Below are positions 46,999 through 57,330 of a DNA stretch of 64,000 nt, piece after piece. The notes beneath the pieces are model-generated. The model did not search any database and was not told where the DNA came from. It worked only from the letters and a program-made list of their open reading frames with translations. The stretch's first letter is position 1, and every line of letters starts with the position of its first letter. Location of the stretch: the NCBI GenBank assembly GCA_934122385.1, contig CAKOWP010000002.1:610-64609 (forward strand). The letters are read 5' to 3'. A program made the translations under genes and the position numbers. Source of the stretch: an uncultured Clostridia bacterium. GTDB lineage: Bacteria; Bacillota; Clostridia; TANB77; CAG-508.

Positions 46999-47991
46999 TT
47001 ATCTTTTCTTTAAAAGTTTTAATATTTTATATCTCAATGCAAATACTGGTTTTCCTAACAATGGCATATTCATTATAACAAAGTTCATCATATAATATTT
47101 AAAATTTTCTGTTTTATATAATTTGTGATAAATATTCCATTTTCTAAAGTTAAAGTTTTTCTTTCTTTCTACCATTTTAAAATATTCATAAGCTTCTGTA
47201 TTTAATTTTTGGATATCTTTCGGAAATCTATCATTATTTTCTACATATGTTCCAAATACTCCAAGTTTTACATTTATAAAATGTGTTCTTACCTGTTCTA
47301 TTTTATCAAATCCATGAGATATTTTATTTGTACCAACTTGATTGTCTCCATGCTGTCTATATTTTATATATTTTTCAGGCATATATGCTAATCTTCCATA
47401 TATTCCAACCATTAATCCAATCCAGTAATCATGAATCAAAAACCTGGAATATGTAGGTAATGGTAATATTTTTTCAATAAATTTCTTTTTAGATATTACT
47501 GTACAACCTGTAACACAATTATACAAATAGTTAACTTTATAGCTATTTATATATTTTTCTATTTTTTTATTTAATAACATAAAATCTCCAAATGATGGAT
47601 ATATAGTGTTTAAGTCTTGGTCAACTACCTCCAAGTCACCAAAAACCAAATCTGCATTTTTCCTTTTCAATGTTTCAACTGATTTTTCAACTTTCTCTTC
47701 AAGCCACACATCATCTTGGTCTGAAAGCATATAAAATTCACTTTTTACTTGTTTTAATAAAAATTCTATATTTTTTACAACTCCTAAATTTTGTGATTGA
47801 AGATATAAAATTATTCTTTTATCTTTTTCTGCATATTTCTTTAATATATCTGGTGTACTATCTTTAGAGCAATCGTCTGATATAATTAGATTAAAATTTT
47901 TATAAGTTTGATTTAATATACTTTCTATTTGTTCTGCTACATATTTCTCACCATTATAAGTAGCTAATAATATATCTACTTTTTCTTCCAT
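46999..47991 (-). CDS. GT2 glycosyltransferase (rhamnosyltransferase-like)
   Basis: ILLATYNGEKYVAEQIESILNQTY...SDDCSKD...SDQDD motifs. Confidence 0.85.
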   Translation of the reverse strand: MEEKVDILLATYNGEKYVAEQIESILNQTYKNFNLIISDDCSKDSTPDILKKYAEKDKRIILYLQSQNLGVVKNIEFLLKQVKSEFYMLSDQDDVWLEEKVEKSVETLKRKNADLVFGDLEVVDQDLNTIYPSFGDFMLLNKKIEKYINSYKVNYLYNCVTGCTVISKKKFIEKILPLPTYSRFLIHDYWIGLMVGIYGRLAYMPEKYIKYRQHGDNQVGTNKISHGFDKIEQVRTHFINVKLGVFGTYVENNDRFPKDIQKLNTEAYEYFKMVERKKNFNFRKWNIYHKLYKTENFKYYMMNFVIMNMPLLGKPVFALRYKILKLLKKR

Positions 47992-48030
47992 TTTTCTATG
48001 TATGATATATTTATCATACTTTCCTCCCTT

Positions 48031-48822
48031 TTATAATACATCTGCAAAATCTTTTTTATTTTTCTTAAATACATGGTTTCCCCATGCAAACATTAATATT
48101 GTTACTACCCAAAATACAATTGTATATATTCCATGATTTGCTGTTATAATGTTTCCACCCATAAATGCTTGTCTAAACCCTGTTACTAAATATGTAAATG
48201 GCATATATTGCATTATTTTTAATAGTGTTTGATGATTTGCAAGTGTTGTTAAACTCCAAACAACTGGTGTTGCCCAGAAAAATAATTGCATTAATATTCC
48301 TAATAAATTTGAAAAATCTGGTACAAGTGTTGTTATTGCTGATGTTAATCTTGTAAATGCTATTATAAATGCATATGTAGCAAATACAATATATACTATA
48401 ATTAATAAATTTGGCACAAACTTAAATAATATGCATACTATTGTTGCAACCGCAAGTAAAAATATTGATACAAAACAACTTCCTATTAATGCTATAACGG
48501 GAATTACATCAACTGGAAATATTACTTTTTTAACTAGATAGCTATAATTTCTAATTGAACCACTTGCACTCATTATACTATCATTTAAGCATTGCCATAT
48601 TGCCATTCCAGGTAAAAACCATACAACATATGGTGCTCCACCTTCTCCTGGTGTTTGAAATATAAATTGAAATACAAATACATACATCATCATAAATACA
48701 AATGGTTGTAAAAAACCCCATATACTGCCTAAACTTGTACTTGCAAATCTATTTTTAAAATCACTTTTTCCTAATTTCCATACTATTTTTTTATTATCCC
48801 ATAATGTTTTAAAAAAATCCAT
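48031..48822 (-). CDS. ABC-2 type polysaccharide exporter permease (Wzm/TagG)
   Basis: 6 TM segments. N-terminal LGKSDFKNRFASTSLGSIWGFLQP motif typical of TagG/Wzm. Confidence 0.88.
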   Translation of the reverse strand: MDFFKTLWDNKKIVWKLGKSDFKNRFASTSLGSIWGFLQPFVFMMMYVFVFQFIFQTPGEGGAPYVVWFLPGMAIWQCLNDSIMSASGSIRNYSYLVKKVIFPVDVIPVIALIGSCFVSIFLLAVATIVCILFKFVPNLLIIVYIVFATYAFIIAFTRLTSAITTLVPDFSNLLGILMQLFFWATPVVWSLTTLANHQTLLKIMQYMPFTYLVTGFRQAFMGGNIITANHGIYTIVFWVVTILMFAWGNHVFKKNKKDFADVL

Positions 48823-48858
48823 ATTTTCTCTCCTATTCGCTATAAAAAATCTTCCTAT

Positions 48859-48887
48859 ATTTTATATTTAATTTGTTTTTTTGTCAA
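48859..48887 (-). promoter_or_regulatory. Sigma-A type promoter TTGACA-17-TAAAAT upstream of wzm
   Basis: The minus strand reads TTGACA aaaaaacaaattaaata TAAAAT. Confidence 0.55.
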
Positions 48888-48889
48888 TA

Positions 48890-48926
48890 AAAAAAGTAAA
48901 ATAAGAGAGCCTTTTTCAAGCTCTCT
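48890..48926 (-). terminator. Intrinsic terminator after the 48925-49704 ORF
   Basis: AGAGAGC-N9-GCTCTCT stem overlapping the stop codon, followed on the minus strand by ATTTTACTTTTTTT. Confidence 0.55.
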
Positions 48927-49704
48927 ATAACAAATTTATTACACTTTCAAAAATTTCTTTATCATCCAATTGATTACTTTTATTTTCATTTATAAAAATA
49001 ATCATTTTATCATTATCTTCAAAATATTCATATGTTTGATATTTATCCATATTTTCAAAATTATAATCTAGAATTTCTCCTGTAATATCATCTACAATAT
49101 AGCAAACACTATTAACGTCCAAAATATAAAGTTTATTTCCATTAATTATATTTATAATTTTTTTGTCATAATCATTTATTTTTTGATTATCAGATATTTT
49201 CAAGTATCCATCATCATTAATTTCATATTTTGATTTAAACAATCCTGTATCATTTAAATATTTTTTTATTTTTTCTCTACTATTTTTTTCTACCCAAATT
49301 CCATTGTTTGAAGGAATATTTTTCGAATATATATCATCTAGTTCTGAAGTTAATGGTTTACCATTTTTTATCATCCCGGTAAATGCAACCTTATATTTTA
49401 AACTAGGCTTAACCTGTAAAGTCTTTCTACCATCATATTCAGTTTCTACCTCATAAATATTGCTATCTCCAGTTTTTCCTGATTCTTGTTTTAATTCCTC
49501 AACATTAGTGTTTTCACTATATTCTATTTGATTTTTGTCAATATTAGTATAAATATTATTAATTGCAACAAAACCGTTACCATCGTATTTTTTATTATTA
49601 TTTCTAGTCATTAAAAATATTATAAATACTACGATTATCATAATTGCTATACCAATAATTATTTGTTTTTTCTTCATATTATCGTATTCCTTTCTCAATG
49701 TCAA
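48925..49704 (-). CDS. Membrane-anchored hypothetical protein
   Basis: N-terminal TM followed by an extracytoplasmic domain with no recognisable motif. Confidence 0.5.
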   Translation of the reverse strand: MTLRKEYDNMKKKQIIIGIAIMIIVVFIIFLMTRNNNKKYDGNGFVAINNIYTNIDKNQIEYSENTNVEELKQESGKTGDSNIYEVETEYDGRKTLQVKPSLKYKVAFTGMIKNGKPLTSELDDIYSKNIPSNNGIWVEKNSREKIKKYLNDTGLFKSKYEINDDGYLKISDNQKINDYDKKIINIINGNKLYILDVNSVCYIVDDITGEILDYNFENMDKYQTYEYFEDNDKMIIFINENKSNQLDDKEIFESVINLL

Positions 49705-49752
49705 ATATCATCAAAACTCACATCTTAAACTACATATTTCAAATATTTTATT

Positions 49753-52197
49753 TTACATATTTCTAAGCATAGAAAGCGTTGCATTAATATATCGTTGGCT
49801 AAATCTTTTGTCTAAAACTGATTGATGATTATTGACACCTGAATGTGGTAATTCAATTAATGCAGATTTTGCAGCACATCCATTTGCTCCTAAAGAATTT
49901 CTTGCCCAATTTATTAGGTAACCATCTCCATATCTTCCAATAGCAGAGCCATCGTTTTCTGGAAATTCATTTCTATAGAATGAGCACATTGTTGAATCTC
50001 CTATTAATTGTTGTGTCCATCCATGTAAATCAACTAACAATGTTTGACCATTTCTTGCTCTATTATTTACTAAAAAGTCTCTTAAATATTGTGATTCATA
50101 TGCCTGGAATCCTTGTGTACCATTATAATTTCTACTATCTGTTCTTCTTGTATAATAACTTCCAACTTGCCAACATCTATTCAAATCTATTCCCTGTCCA
50201 CCTGGTGCTTGACTAACTAATGTTGTTCTTCCCGGTCCATTGTGTGAATTTCCATGATTTAATCCATCTAGATTTATTCCTGGAAATATATAAATAGTCC
50301 ATTTATCTGATAAATCATAATCATTGCTATTTAATAATTGTTGATAAAAATCATTTGCAATTTGTACTAATTCAGAGCCATCACGCCACCATAAATCTTC
50401 AAATCCATGTACTGCAAATGTTGCATAAAATACATTTGGGCCATTTCCCCATTTGTAATATTCCAAGTTGCTACCATTTGCATTTCCAACTGCTCTTAAT
50501 CCTGTTACTCCGTATACACCTTTTGAATAGTTTATTTTATTTCTTACTGTAAATCTTCTTTCATATGATGATAATATTTTATTATTTTCATCTAAAAGTT
50601 TTACAAGTAATGTATGATTTCCTATTGAATATTTAGAATAATCAACATCCATTTCAAATCCTGGATTTTGATTGTTTTTACTTTCATCTCCAAAGCCCTT
50701 CATTGTATTTAGTACATCTTGTCTTTGCGTTCTTTTCATTGTACTTATATCTAGCGGAGTTTCATCAATAAATACTTGCAATTTTGTGTTTGACTGCGTT
50801 GTCATTGTCCATCCTTTTAACTTTCCAACTTCATTAGGAATTTGATTTATTGGTAGGTCAATATCCATAGCTGATTTATTATTTTCAAATTTAGGAACAA
50901 TTTTTATTTTAATTGCCTCTATTCTTCTACACAATCCGACGGTTCCAGCAGTTTCACCATCATAGCACCATTCCTGCCATCCAACATTTTCAACATGTGC
51001 GCTATACATAATAGAATATTCTTCTGTCCCTTCAAGTTTAAATTTAATTGCTTCTATTCTATAGCATTGTCCTTGTGTTCCTGCAACTTCACCTTCATTT
51101 TTCCATCCTTGCCATCCTATTTCTTGCACATGTGCTTGATATTGTATTTTAACACCTTCTGGCATATTGATACCATTTACTTTTATTGCTTCCACTCTTA
51201 AGCATTGTCCTTGTGTTCCTGCAATTTCCGAATCTTTTTTTACGCCTTGCCATCCTATCTCTTGTACATGAGCCTGATATTGTACATGTATCTGTCTATC
51301 TATTTGTATGTTTTTTGTGTATGACTGTAATATCTTGCCTTCTTTGGTCAATAATTCCAATTTTAAAGAATGTTTACCTTCTTTAAGTGATGTAGTATCT
51401 ATTTGAAAATCAAATCCCGGATTCTCATTTTCTTTTGCTGTTCCGACGCTTTGTTCTGATTTTATAATATCTTCTCTTTTTGTATAATTAATATTTGTAA
51501 TTTCAGAATCATCTAATGTTGCTTTTAATGTTGTTCCTTCTACATTTGCCATTTTCCATCCAGAAATATTTATTATTTTTGTATCATTATAACATACATC
51601 TGGTATTGTAGATTCTACTTTCATTTTTCCTTTTTCTATTTTATTTGTAATTTTTATTTCTATAGCTTCTATTCTTTTACATTGCCCTGTTGTTCCAGCT
51701 ATTTCACCATCATTCTTCCACTCTTGCCATCCTATATCTTCTATATGTGCCCTATAAGAAATACTATATTTTTCAGCATTTTCTAGTTTTATTTTTAATG
51801 CCTCTATTCTATAGCATTTTCCTTGTGTTCCAGCTATTTCACCATCTTTTACCCAATCTTGCCATCCAATTTCTTGCACATGTGCTTGATATTTTATAGA
51901 TGCATTTGCTAAATTATTCAATTTTATTTTCATAGCTTCGACTCTTAAACATCTTCCAGTTGTCCCTGCTAATTCTCCATCTTTTTTTGAAAAGTCACTT
52001 TCCCAGCCAATGTCCTGGATATGTGTACTATATACAACACTTGGCTTTACTTCTTCAGTTTGATCATTTTTTTGTTCTTTCAAATCTTTATCTATATCTT
52101 TGGCATATTGATTTCCCATACAACCTAATACAAGTGCAATCATTAATATACTTGACGATATCATTCTAAACAACTTTTCATTTTTAAAAATTTTCAT
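49753..52197 (-). CDS. Secreted ChW-repeat (3+3) protein with a C-terminal M14-like metallopeptidase domain
   Basis: Six ChW units and two Ig-like spacers. The C-terminal domain has HGFE, DLNRCW and DLHGW, which resemble the M14 zinc/substrate motifs. Confidence 0.75.
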   Translation of the reverse strand: MKIFKNEKLFRMISSSILMIALVLGCMGNQYAKDIDKDLKEQKNDQTEEVKPSVVYSTHIQDIGWESDFSKKDGELAGTTGRCLRVEAMKIKLNNLANASIKYQAHVQEIGWQDWVKDGEIAGTQGKCYRIEALKIKLENAEKYSISYRAHIEDIGWQEWKNDGEIAGTTGQCKRIEAIEIKITNKIEKGKMKVESTIPDVCYNDTKIINISGWKMANVEGTTLKATLDDSEITNINYTKREDIIKSEQSVGTAKENENPGFDFQIDTTSLKEGKHSLKLELLTKEGKILQSYTKNIQIDRQIHVQYQAHVQEIGWQGVKKDSEIAGTQGQCLRVEAIKVNGINMPEGVKIQYQAHVQEIGWQGWKNEGEVAGTQGQCYRIEAIKFKLEGTEEYSIMYSAHVENVGWQEWCYDGETAGTVGLCRRIEAIKIKIVPKFENNKSAMDIDLPINQIPNEVGKLKGWTMTTQSNTKLQVFIDETPLDISTMKRTQRQDVLNTMKGFGDESKNNQNPGFEMDVDYSKYSIGNHTLLVKLLDENNKILSSYERRFTVRNKINYSKGVYGVTGLRAVGNANGSNLEYYKWGNGPNVFYATFAVHGFEDLWWRDGSELVQIANDFYQQLLNSNDYDLSDKWTIYIFPGINLDGLNHGNSHNGPGRTTLVSQAPGGQGIDLNRCWQVGSYYTRRTDSRNYNGTQGFQAYESQYLRDFLVNNRARNGQTLLVDLHGWTQQLIGDSTMCSFYRNEFPENDGSAIGRYGDGYLINWARNSLGANGCAAKSALIELPHSGVNNHQSVLDKRFSQRYINATLSMLRNM

Positions 52198-52314
52198 TTG
52201 TTTTCCCCCTTATATTTATATATTTTTTACCTATATATCAGTAAAATTATATACATTTTATAATATGTGATTTTACATACAAATTAGTTTTTGTATATGT
52301 TTTGCATAAAAAAT

Positions 52315-53364
52315 TTATGTAATTGAAAAAATCAAATAACTAATTAACGGAAAATGTAAAATCATAATCTCTTTATATTTTCTTTTTTTCATTCCTTTAA
52401 AAGATAAATATTTAAAATATTTATGTATTGGAAAATATAGAACCTTTGACTTTTGAGCATTTTTAAAATAATTTATTACCTTTTTTTCTTGGTCTTGTTG
52501 TTTATTAAAATTATCTTTTTTCGTTCTTATTATTTCTTCAGAATGAATTTTTATATATTCATTGATTCTGTTTCTATAGTCTTCGCACATCAATACTCCT
52601 GCCAAATAAGTTTCTGTAATAGCTCTATGTCTATATTTCAAATAAGATTTATAACCTTTTCCATTTTTTTCTTTCCATATTTTCACATTTTGTTTAAAAC
52701 TTCTACCTCCAAAAGCATTGTTTCCATGAAGTCTATATCCAAATAATGGCTTATCTATACAATAAACTCCATTTAATGCATTTGCAATGTATAGTGAATG
52801 CCAGTCATGAGCCATTGTATTTTCTGTAAAGGGAATCATTAAGTCTTTTACACTTTTGGTAAATAATTGACTACATCCAATTGCAATATGCCTAGAAAAT
52901 GGTAAAATTTCTTTTTGATATTTTTCGTTTAGTATTGGCATATTTTTATATCTTAAATAGCTTTCATGCAATACTTTTCCATTTTCATCAATTTGTTTTG
53001 CATCACAATAAACTAAATCTACATTTTTTTCTTTTAATATTTTTAAACTTTCCTCTATTTTATTTGGATACCATATATCGTCATGATCACTAAAAGCTAT
53101 ATAATCTGCTGTTGATTTTGTTAATACAAATTCAAAGTTTTTTGTGTATCCAAGATTTTGTGGCTGAAAATATATTTGTATTCTATTATCCTTTTGTTCA
53201 TATTCTTTTAATACTTCTTTCACTTCTTCTTTTGTAGAGCAGTCGTCTGATATTATTAATTTAAAATCTTTATATGTTTGGTTTAATATGCTATCTATTT
53301 GCATTTTTAAGTATTCAATTTTGCTATTATATGTTGTTAATAATATATCTACTTTTTCTTCCAT
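52315..53364 (-). CDS. GT2 glycosyltransferase, paralog of 46999-47991
   Basis: MEEKVDILLTTYN...ILNQTYKDFKLIISDDCS...SDHDD motifs. Confidence 0.85.
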   Translation of the reverse strand: MEEKVDILLTTYNSKIEYLKMQIDSILNQTYKDFKLIISDDCSTKEEVKEVLKEYEQKDNRIQIYFQPQNLGYTKNFEFVLTKSTADYIAFSDHDDIWYPNKIEESLKILKEKNVDLVYCDAKQIDENGKVLHESYLRYKNMPILNEKYQKEILPFSRHIAIGCSQLFTKSVKDLMIPFTENTMAHDWHSLYIANALNGVYCIDKPLFGYRLHGNNAFGGRSFKQNVKIWKEKNGKGYKSYLKYRHRAITETYLAGVLMCEDYRNRINEYIKIHSEEIIRTKKDNFNKQQDQEKKVINYFKNAQKSKVLYFPIHKYFKYLSFKGMKKRKYKEIMILHFPLISYLIFSIT

Positions 53365-53399
53365 TTTTTCACTCACTTTTTACATTTTAATCCAACAAT

Positions 53400-53428
53400 A
53401 TTTTACACTTTTTTGTTTTTTTTATCAA
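53400..53428 (-). promoter_or_regulatory. Sigma-A type promoter TTGATA-17-TAAAAT
   Basis: The minus strand reads TTGATA aaaaaaacaaaaaagtg TAAAAT, about 35 nt upstream of the GT2 start. Confidence 0.5.
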
Positions 53429-53513
53429 TACTTTAGCTATGTTTTTTACAAAAAATATTAATATATCAATATTTATAATAATTAATACTTATATTTTACT
53501 GAACTGTAACACA

Positions 53514-54704
53514 TTATTCTACTGCATAATATTTTGACCAATGATTATCCCATATTAAATAATCACTTGAGTCTCCACCAATTATTTCACCAGTTGTGCA
53601 GTCTACAAAATAGCTATATTGTCCCTTTTGTGTTCTTTCAGCTAGATTTTCAAATTCATTTTTATTTTCATCATTTTTTTCTGCATAATTAAATACTACA
53701 ACCCAAACTCTTCTTACTCTATTATCAGTTTTATATAAATATCTTTCATTGTCTGGTACTTCCACCTGCATCATTGGTTTATAATAATCATCTGTATATT
53801 TTAATCTTGCATACGCATCACCATTCATTTTTTCAATTCTAAGTTCTGCATCTGTTTTTATAATGTCTTTTGTTTCGACTTTTCTATCTTCATTTTTTGC
53901 AATTTCTATCGCTTGCTCTTTTGTTATTTCCATTGGATTATTTTCAAATTTATTATTTAAAACTCTATAGTTATATAAATGTTTATCTTTTGCAAAAAAA
54001 TCTATTTCTATTGTTTCATACCTATTGATTAATCCATCATAAACTTTACTAAATTGTGCAAAAAATTCATAACCTGAATTACCGTTGCCTTCTCCTTTTT
54101 TATCATTTGCACGTAATGAAACTAATTTATATTCTTCTTCTTTATATCCAAATTGATTATAAAAATATTTTGCAACTTCTATCGCTTCTTTTCTTGTAAT
54201 TGTGTGTTTTTCCCATTCGTTATTATAATCACCAAAGATTAAGCTTTCAAATTCTGATGTTATCGCATTTATTGATACTATCCATTTATTATTAGTTTTA
54301 AAGCAATATGAATCCAACATTTTTTCCTGGCTTGGCACATCTATTGTTTCAGTTATTTCTTCATTTAAAAAACCTATTTCTTTCAATTTATCTTTTGCTA
54401 TTTCTTTTGCTTGTTCTTCTGTAATATATTGTTTTTCTTCAGTTGATTCTTGCTGCGCTTCTTCTACACTAATTCTTTCTGGATCTTTCCAAATTTTTTG
54501 ATACAATTCATGTCCTGCAAAACTAACTCCACCAGCTACTAATATTCCTGCACATGCTGTTGCACATATTTTTGCAAATTCAAATATTTTATTTTTGTTT
54601 TTTATTTTTTTATATAATGCACCTTGTATTGTCTGTGTAAATTTTAATGGAACATTTTTATCTTCATTAAATTTTGATTCTATCTTTTTATCTAACTCAT
54701 CCAT
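53514..54704 (-). CDS. Anti-sigma-factor-like membrane protein with three PepSY-like extracytoplasmic repeats
   Basis: Abuts the sigma gene stop. Has a short cytoplasmic N-terminus and one TM. The motif IT.E(Q/E)A.EIAK recurs three times. Confidence 0.55.
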   Translation of the reverse strand: MDELDKKIESKFNEDKNVPLKFTQTIQGALYKKIKNKNKIFEFAKICATACAGILVAGGVSFAGHELYQKIWKDPERISVEEAQQESTEEKQYITEEQAKEIAKDKLKEIGFLNEEITETIDVPSQEKMLDSYCFKTNNKWIVSINAITSEFESLIFGDYNNEWEKHTITRKEAIEVAKYFYNQFGYKEEEYKLVSLRANDKKGEGNGNSGYEFFAQFSKVYDGLINRYETIEIDFFAKDKHLYNYRVLNNKFENNPMEITKEQAIEIAKNEDRKVETKDIIKTDAELRIEKMNGDAYARLKYTDDYYKPMMQVEVPDNERYLYKTDNRVRRVWVVVFNYAEKNDENKNEFENLAERTQKGQYSYFVDCTTGEIIGGDSSDYLIWDNHWSKYYAVE

Positions 54705-54705
54705 A

Positions 54706-55216
54706 TTAATTTTCCTCCTCTAGATATCTTCTCAACTTCTTTTTAGCTCTTGATAATTTCGTTTTAATGGTATTTTCATTTTTGTTTAAAATTTTTGATA
54801 TTTCCTTTGTTGTATATCTTTCTAGATAATACAAAGTGATTATTATTCTTTCAGCATATTCTAATTTTGAAATTATTATATAAAAATCTATATCTGTTTG
54901 TATTTCGTTTTCTTTTATTTGATTTTCTAAATTATTGTATTCATATGATATATTTTCTTTTTTATTTTTTCTATATTGTTTATTACATTTATTTATCAAT
55001 ATTTTTATTATCCATGTTTTAAAGTATTGATTATGTTTTAGTTTTTTTATTTCTTTATATGCTTCTATCATTGTTTCTTGTACTGCTTCATTTATGTCGT
55101 CTTCATTGTATAATCTTGTTTTTGCAATTTTATATAATTCACTTTGTATATCTAATATTAGTCCGAGTAAATGCTTGTTTATCTCCTTCTTTAGCTTTTT
55201 CTATTAATCCTTCCAT
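54706..55216 (-). pseudogene. ECF-type sigma-70 family factor interrupted by a +1 frameshift
   Basis: MEGLIEKAKEGDKQAFT (frame 1, good RBS) stops at 55139. Frame 2 continues (G)LILDIQSELYKIAKTRLY...YLERYTTKEISKILNKNENTIKTKLSRAKKKL (region 4 HTH). Confidence 0.75.
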
Positions 55217-55433
55217 TTGCTTCCTCCATTTTCAAACGTTTGATATCTATTAGAGTTTTTATTTTTAGTAAAAAGTTTCAATTTTATTATATTTTTTCAT
55301 AAACATTTTTAAAACTGTTGATTATTAACATAATTTATGCTAATATATTAACATATCGAGTATATGCTCTCTTAGTAACTATTAACAAGTAACTGGAGGG
55401 CAAAACCTCCAGCACAATTTAGGAGGTAACATT

Positions 55434-55910
55434 ATGTGTGATACGTATCAATTCAGATTCGGATGTGACGAAAAACAACTTTCAAGAATCTTTAAAGATT
55501 CAGAAATTTCAAGGGCTTTTGAAACCGCTTTTATGGAGAATTACTGGCTTTTATTAAATCGTTTAAGAGAATATAAAGATTTTATACAATCCCAAAATGT
55601 TCCTAACAAAGATGGTACATTACCTTTTAATTTTGATAACTTAGATGAAGATATAATAATCCAGAATTTCAAGCAGCGTTTACAGGTCCATATCTTGCAT
55701 CTTGCAATTAATGATATTTTTTCATCAAAGTTAAGTATTAGGAACAATATCCTAGAAAGACTCAATGTCAATTTTATTAAAGATAATATTTTAAGTGAAC
55801 GTCTATTATTTTCATTTAATGAATCAGTTGGTGTATTAAATCCTAGCACAGGTGTTTATTGCAAAGGCGATGTTCCTGATGAATTCATATCTGAATTTTT
55901 ACAAAAGTAA
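55434..55910 (+). CDS. Hypothetical protein
   Basis: 158-aa ORF with a strong AGGAGG RBS. No recognisable motif. Confidence 0.55.
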   Translation: MCDTYQFRFGCDEKQLSRIFKDSEISRAFETAFMENYWLLLNRLREYKDFIQSQNVPNKDGTLPFNFDNLDEDIIIQNFKQRLQVHILHLAINDIFSSKLSIRNNILERLNVNFIKDNILSERLLFSFNESVGVLNPSTGVYCKGDVPDEFISEFLQK

Positions 55911-55915
55911 CATTA

Positions 55916-55952
55916 AAGGTAGATATAATGATAATTCTTATATCTACCTTTT
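55916..55952. terminator. Bidirectional intrinsic terminator
   Basis: AAGGTAGATATA-N11-TATATCTACCTT followed by TTC. Confidence 0.8.
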
Positions 55953-55971
55953 CACTCATTGTTTTTTCAAA

Positions 55972-57162
55972 CTATTTTACTAATCTCAAAGTTTCTTTAG
56001 CTATCATTAATTCTTCATTTGTAGGAATAACATAAACTTTAATTGTTGAATCAGGTGTAGAAACAACTCTTTCTTCCCCTCTCATATTATTAGCATCAAC
56101 ATCTAATTTAACACCCATAAATTCTAGTTTTTCACAAATTCCTTTACGGATATTAATTTGATTTTCACCAATTCCACCTGTAAATATAATGTAATCAACA
56201 CCATTCATTGCAACTGCATATTTTGCAACATAACTTGCAATTGTATAATTAAAGTTTTCAACTGCAATTCTAGCATCTGGTTGTCCTTCATTTGAAGCAA
56301 TTTCTATTTCTCTAAAATCAGGAACTAAGTTTGACATACCAGAAAGTCCTGATTTTTTATTTAGTAAGTCTTCCATTTGTGCAGGTGTTAAATTTTCTTT
56401 TTTCATTATATATGTTACAACTGATGGGTCTAAATCTCCACTTCTTGTAACCATTGGAAGTCCACCAAGTGGTGTTAATCCCATACTTGTATCTACTGAT
56501 TTTCCATCTTTTATAGCACATATACTTGAACCTTGTCCTAAGTGACATGTTACAATTTTTGTACCTTCTAATGATTTGTTTTCAATCTCAGCAAGTCTTT
56601 GTGATACAAACATATGCGATGTTCCATGGAATCCATATTTTCTTACACCGTATTTTTTATAATATTCATATGGTATTGGGTAAATAAATTTATCTTTTGG
56701 CATTGTTTGATGGAATGCTGTATCAAATACTCCTACCATTGGTTTTCCAGGCATAACTTCTTGACACGCCTTTATTCCTAATATACAAGCTGGGTTGTGT
56801 AAAGGTGCTAAGTCTGTATATTCTTCTAGAACTTTTACAACATTGTCATCAATTACAACTGATTCTGCAATTTTTTCTCCACCATGAACTAATCTGTGTC
56901 CAATCGCATTTATCTCATCTAAGCTATCTATTACTTTATATTCTGGATTTGTAAATTGTTTTAATGTGAAGTCTATTGCTTCTGAATGATTATATGCTGG
57001 ATTTTTTATTTCTATTTTTTTTCCATTTACTTTGTGTGTTATAAATGCTTCTGCTTCTCCTATTCTTTCATATTTTCCAGAAGCCATTACTTCTTCTGTC
57101 TCCATGTTAATTAATTGATATTTTAGTGATGAACTACCACAGTTTAATACTAATATTTTCAT
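55972..57162 (-). CDS. ackA: Acetate kinase paralog 2
   Basis: MKILVLNCGSSSLKYQ, HRLVHGG, FHGTSH and TRSGDLDP motifs. Start set at the ATG at 57162, because the upstream TTG lies inside a repeat. Confidence 0.9.
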   Translation of the reverse strand: MKILVLNCGSSSLKYQLINMETEEVMASGKYERIGEAEAFITHKVNGKKIEIKNPAYNHSEAIDFTLKQFTNPEYKVIDSLDEINAIGHRLVHGGEKIAESVVIDDNVVKVLEEYTDLAPLHNPACILGIKACQEVMPGKPMVGVFDTAFHQTMPKDKFIYPIPYEYYKKYGVRKYGFHGTSHMFVSQRLAEIENKSLEGTKIVTCHLGQGSSICAIKDGKSVDTSMGLTPLGGLPMVTRSGDLDPSVVTYIMKKENLTPAQMEDLLNKKSGLSGMSNLVPDFREIEIASNEGQPDARIAVENFNYTIASYVAKYAVAMNGVDYIIFTGGIGENQINIRKGICEKLEFMGVKLDVDANNMRGEERVVSTPDSTIKVYVIPTNEELMIAKETLRLVK

Positions 57163-57186
57163 TTTTATACTCTCTTTCTTTTGAGT

Positions 57187-57330
57187 CAACCAATGGGGAC
57201 GTTGATAAATTGGTTTATCTTTTTAATCATTAGTTTACTCTTAATTTTCAAATTTTTAAAATCAAAGTTTTAAGAAGGGCTGTCCCATTATCCCTAAAAT
57301 TCGGGATTTTAAGGAACGTCCCTAAATCCC
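57187..57330. repeat. Cluster of REP-like hairpins, type 2 variants
   Basis: CAACCAAT-GGGGACGTTGATAA-ATTGGTT (57187-57215) and GGGATTT-taaggaacgtccct-AAATCCC (57303-57330). A small hairpin ATCCC-N8-GGGAT lies between them. Confidence 0.8.
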
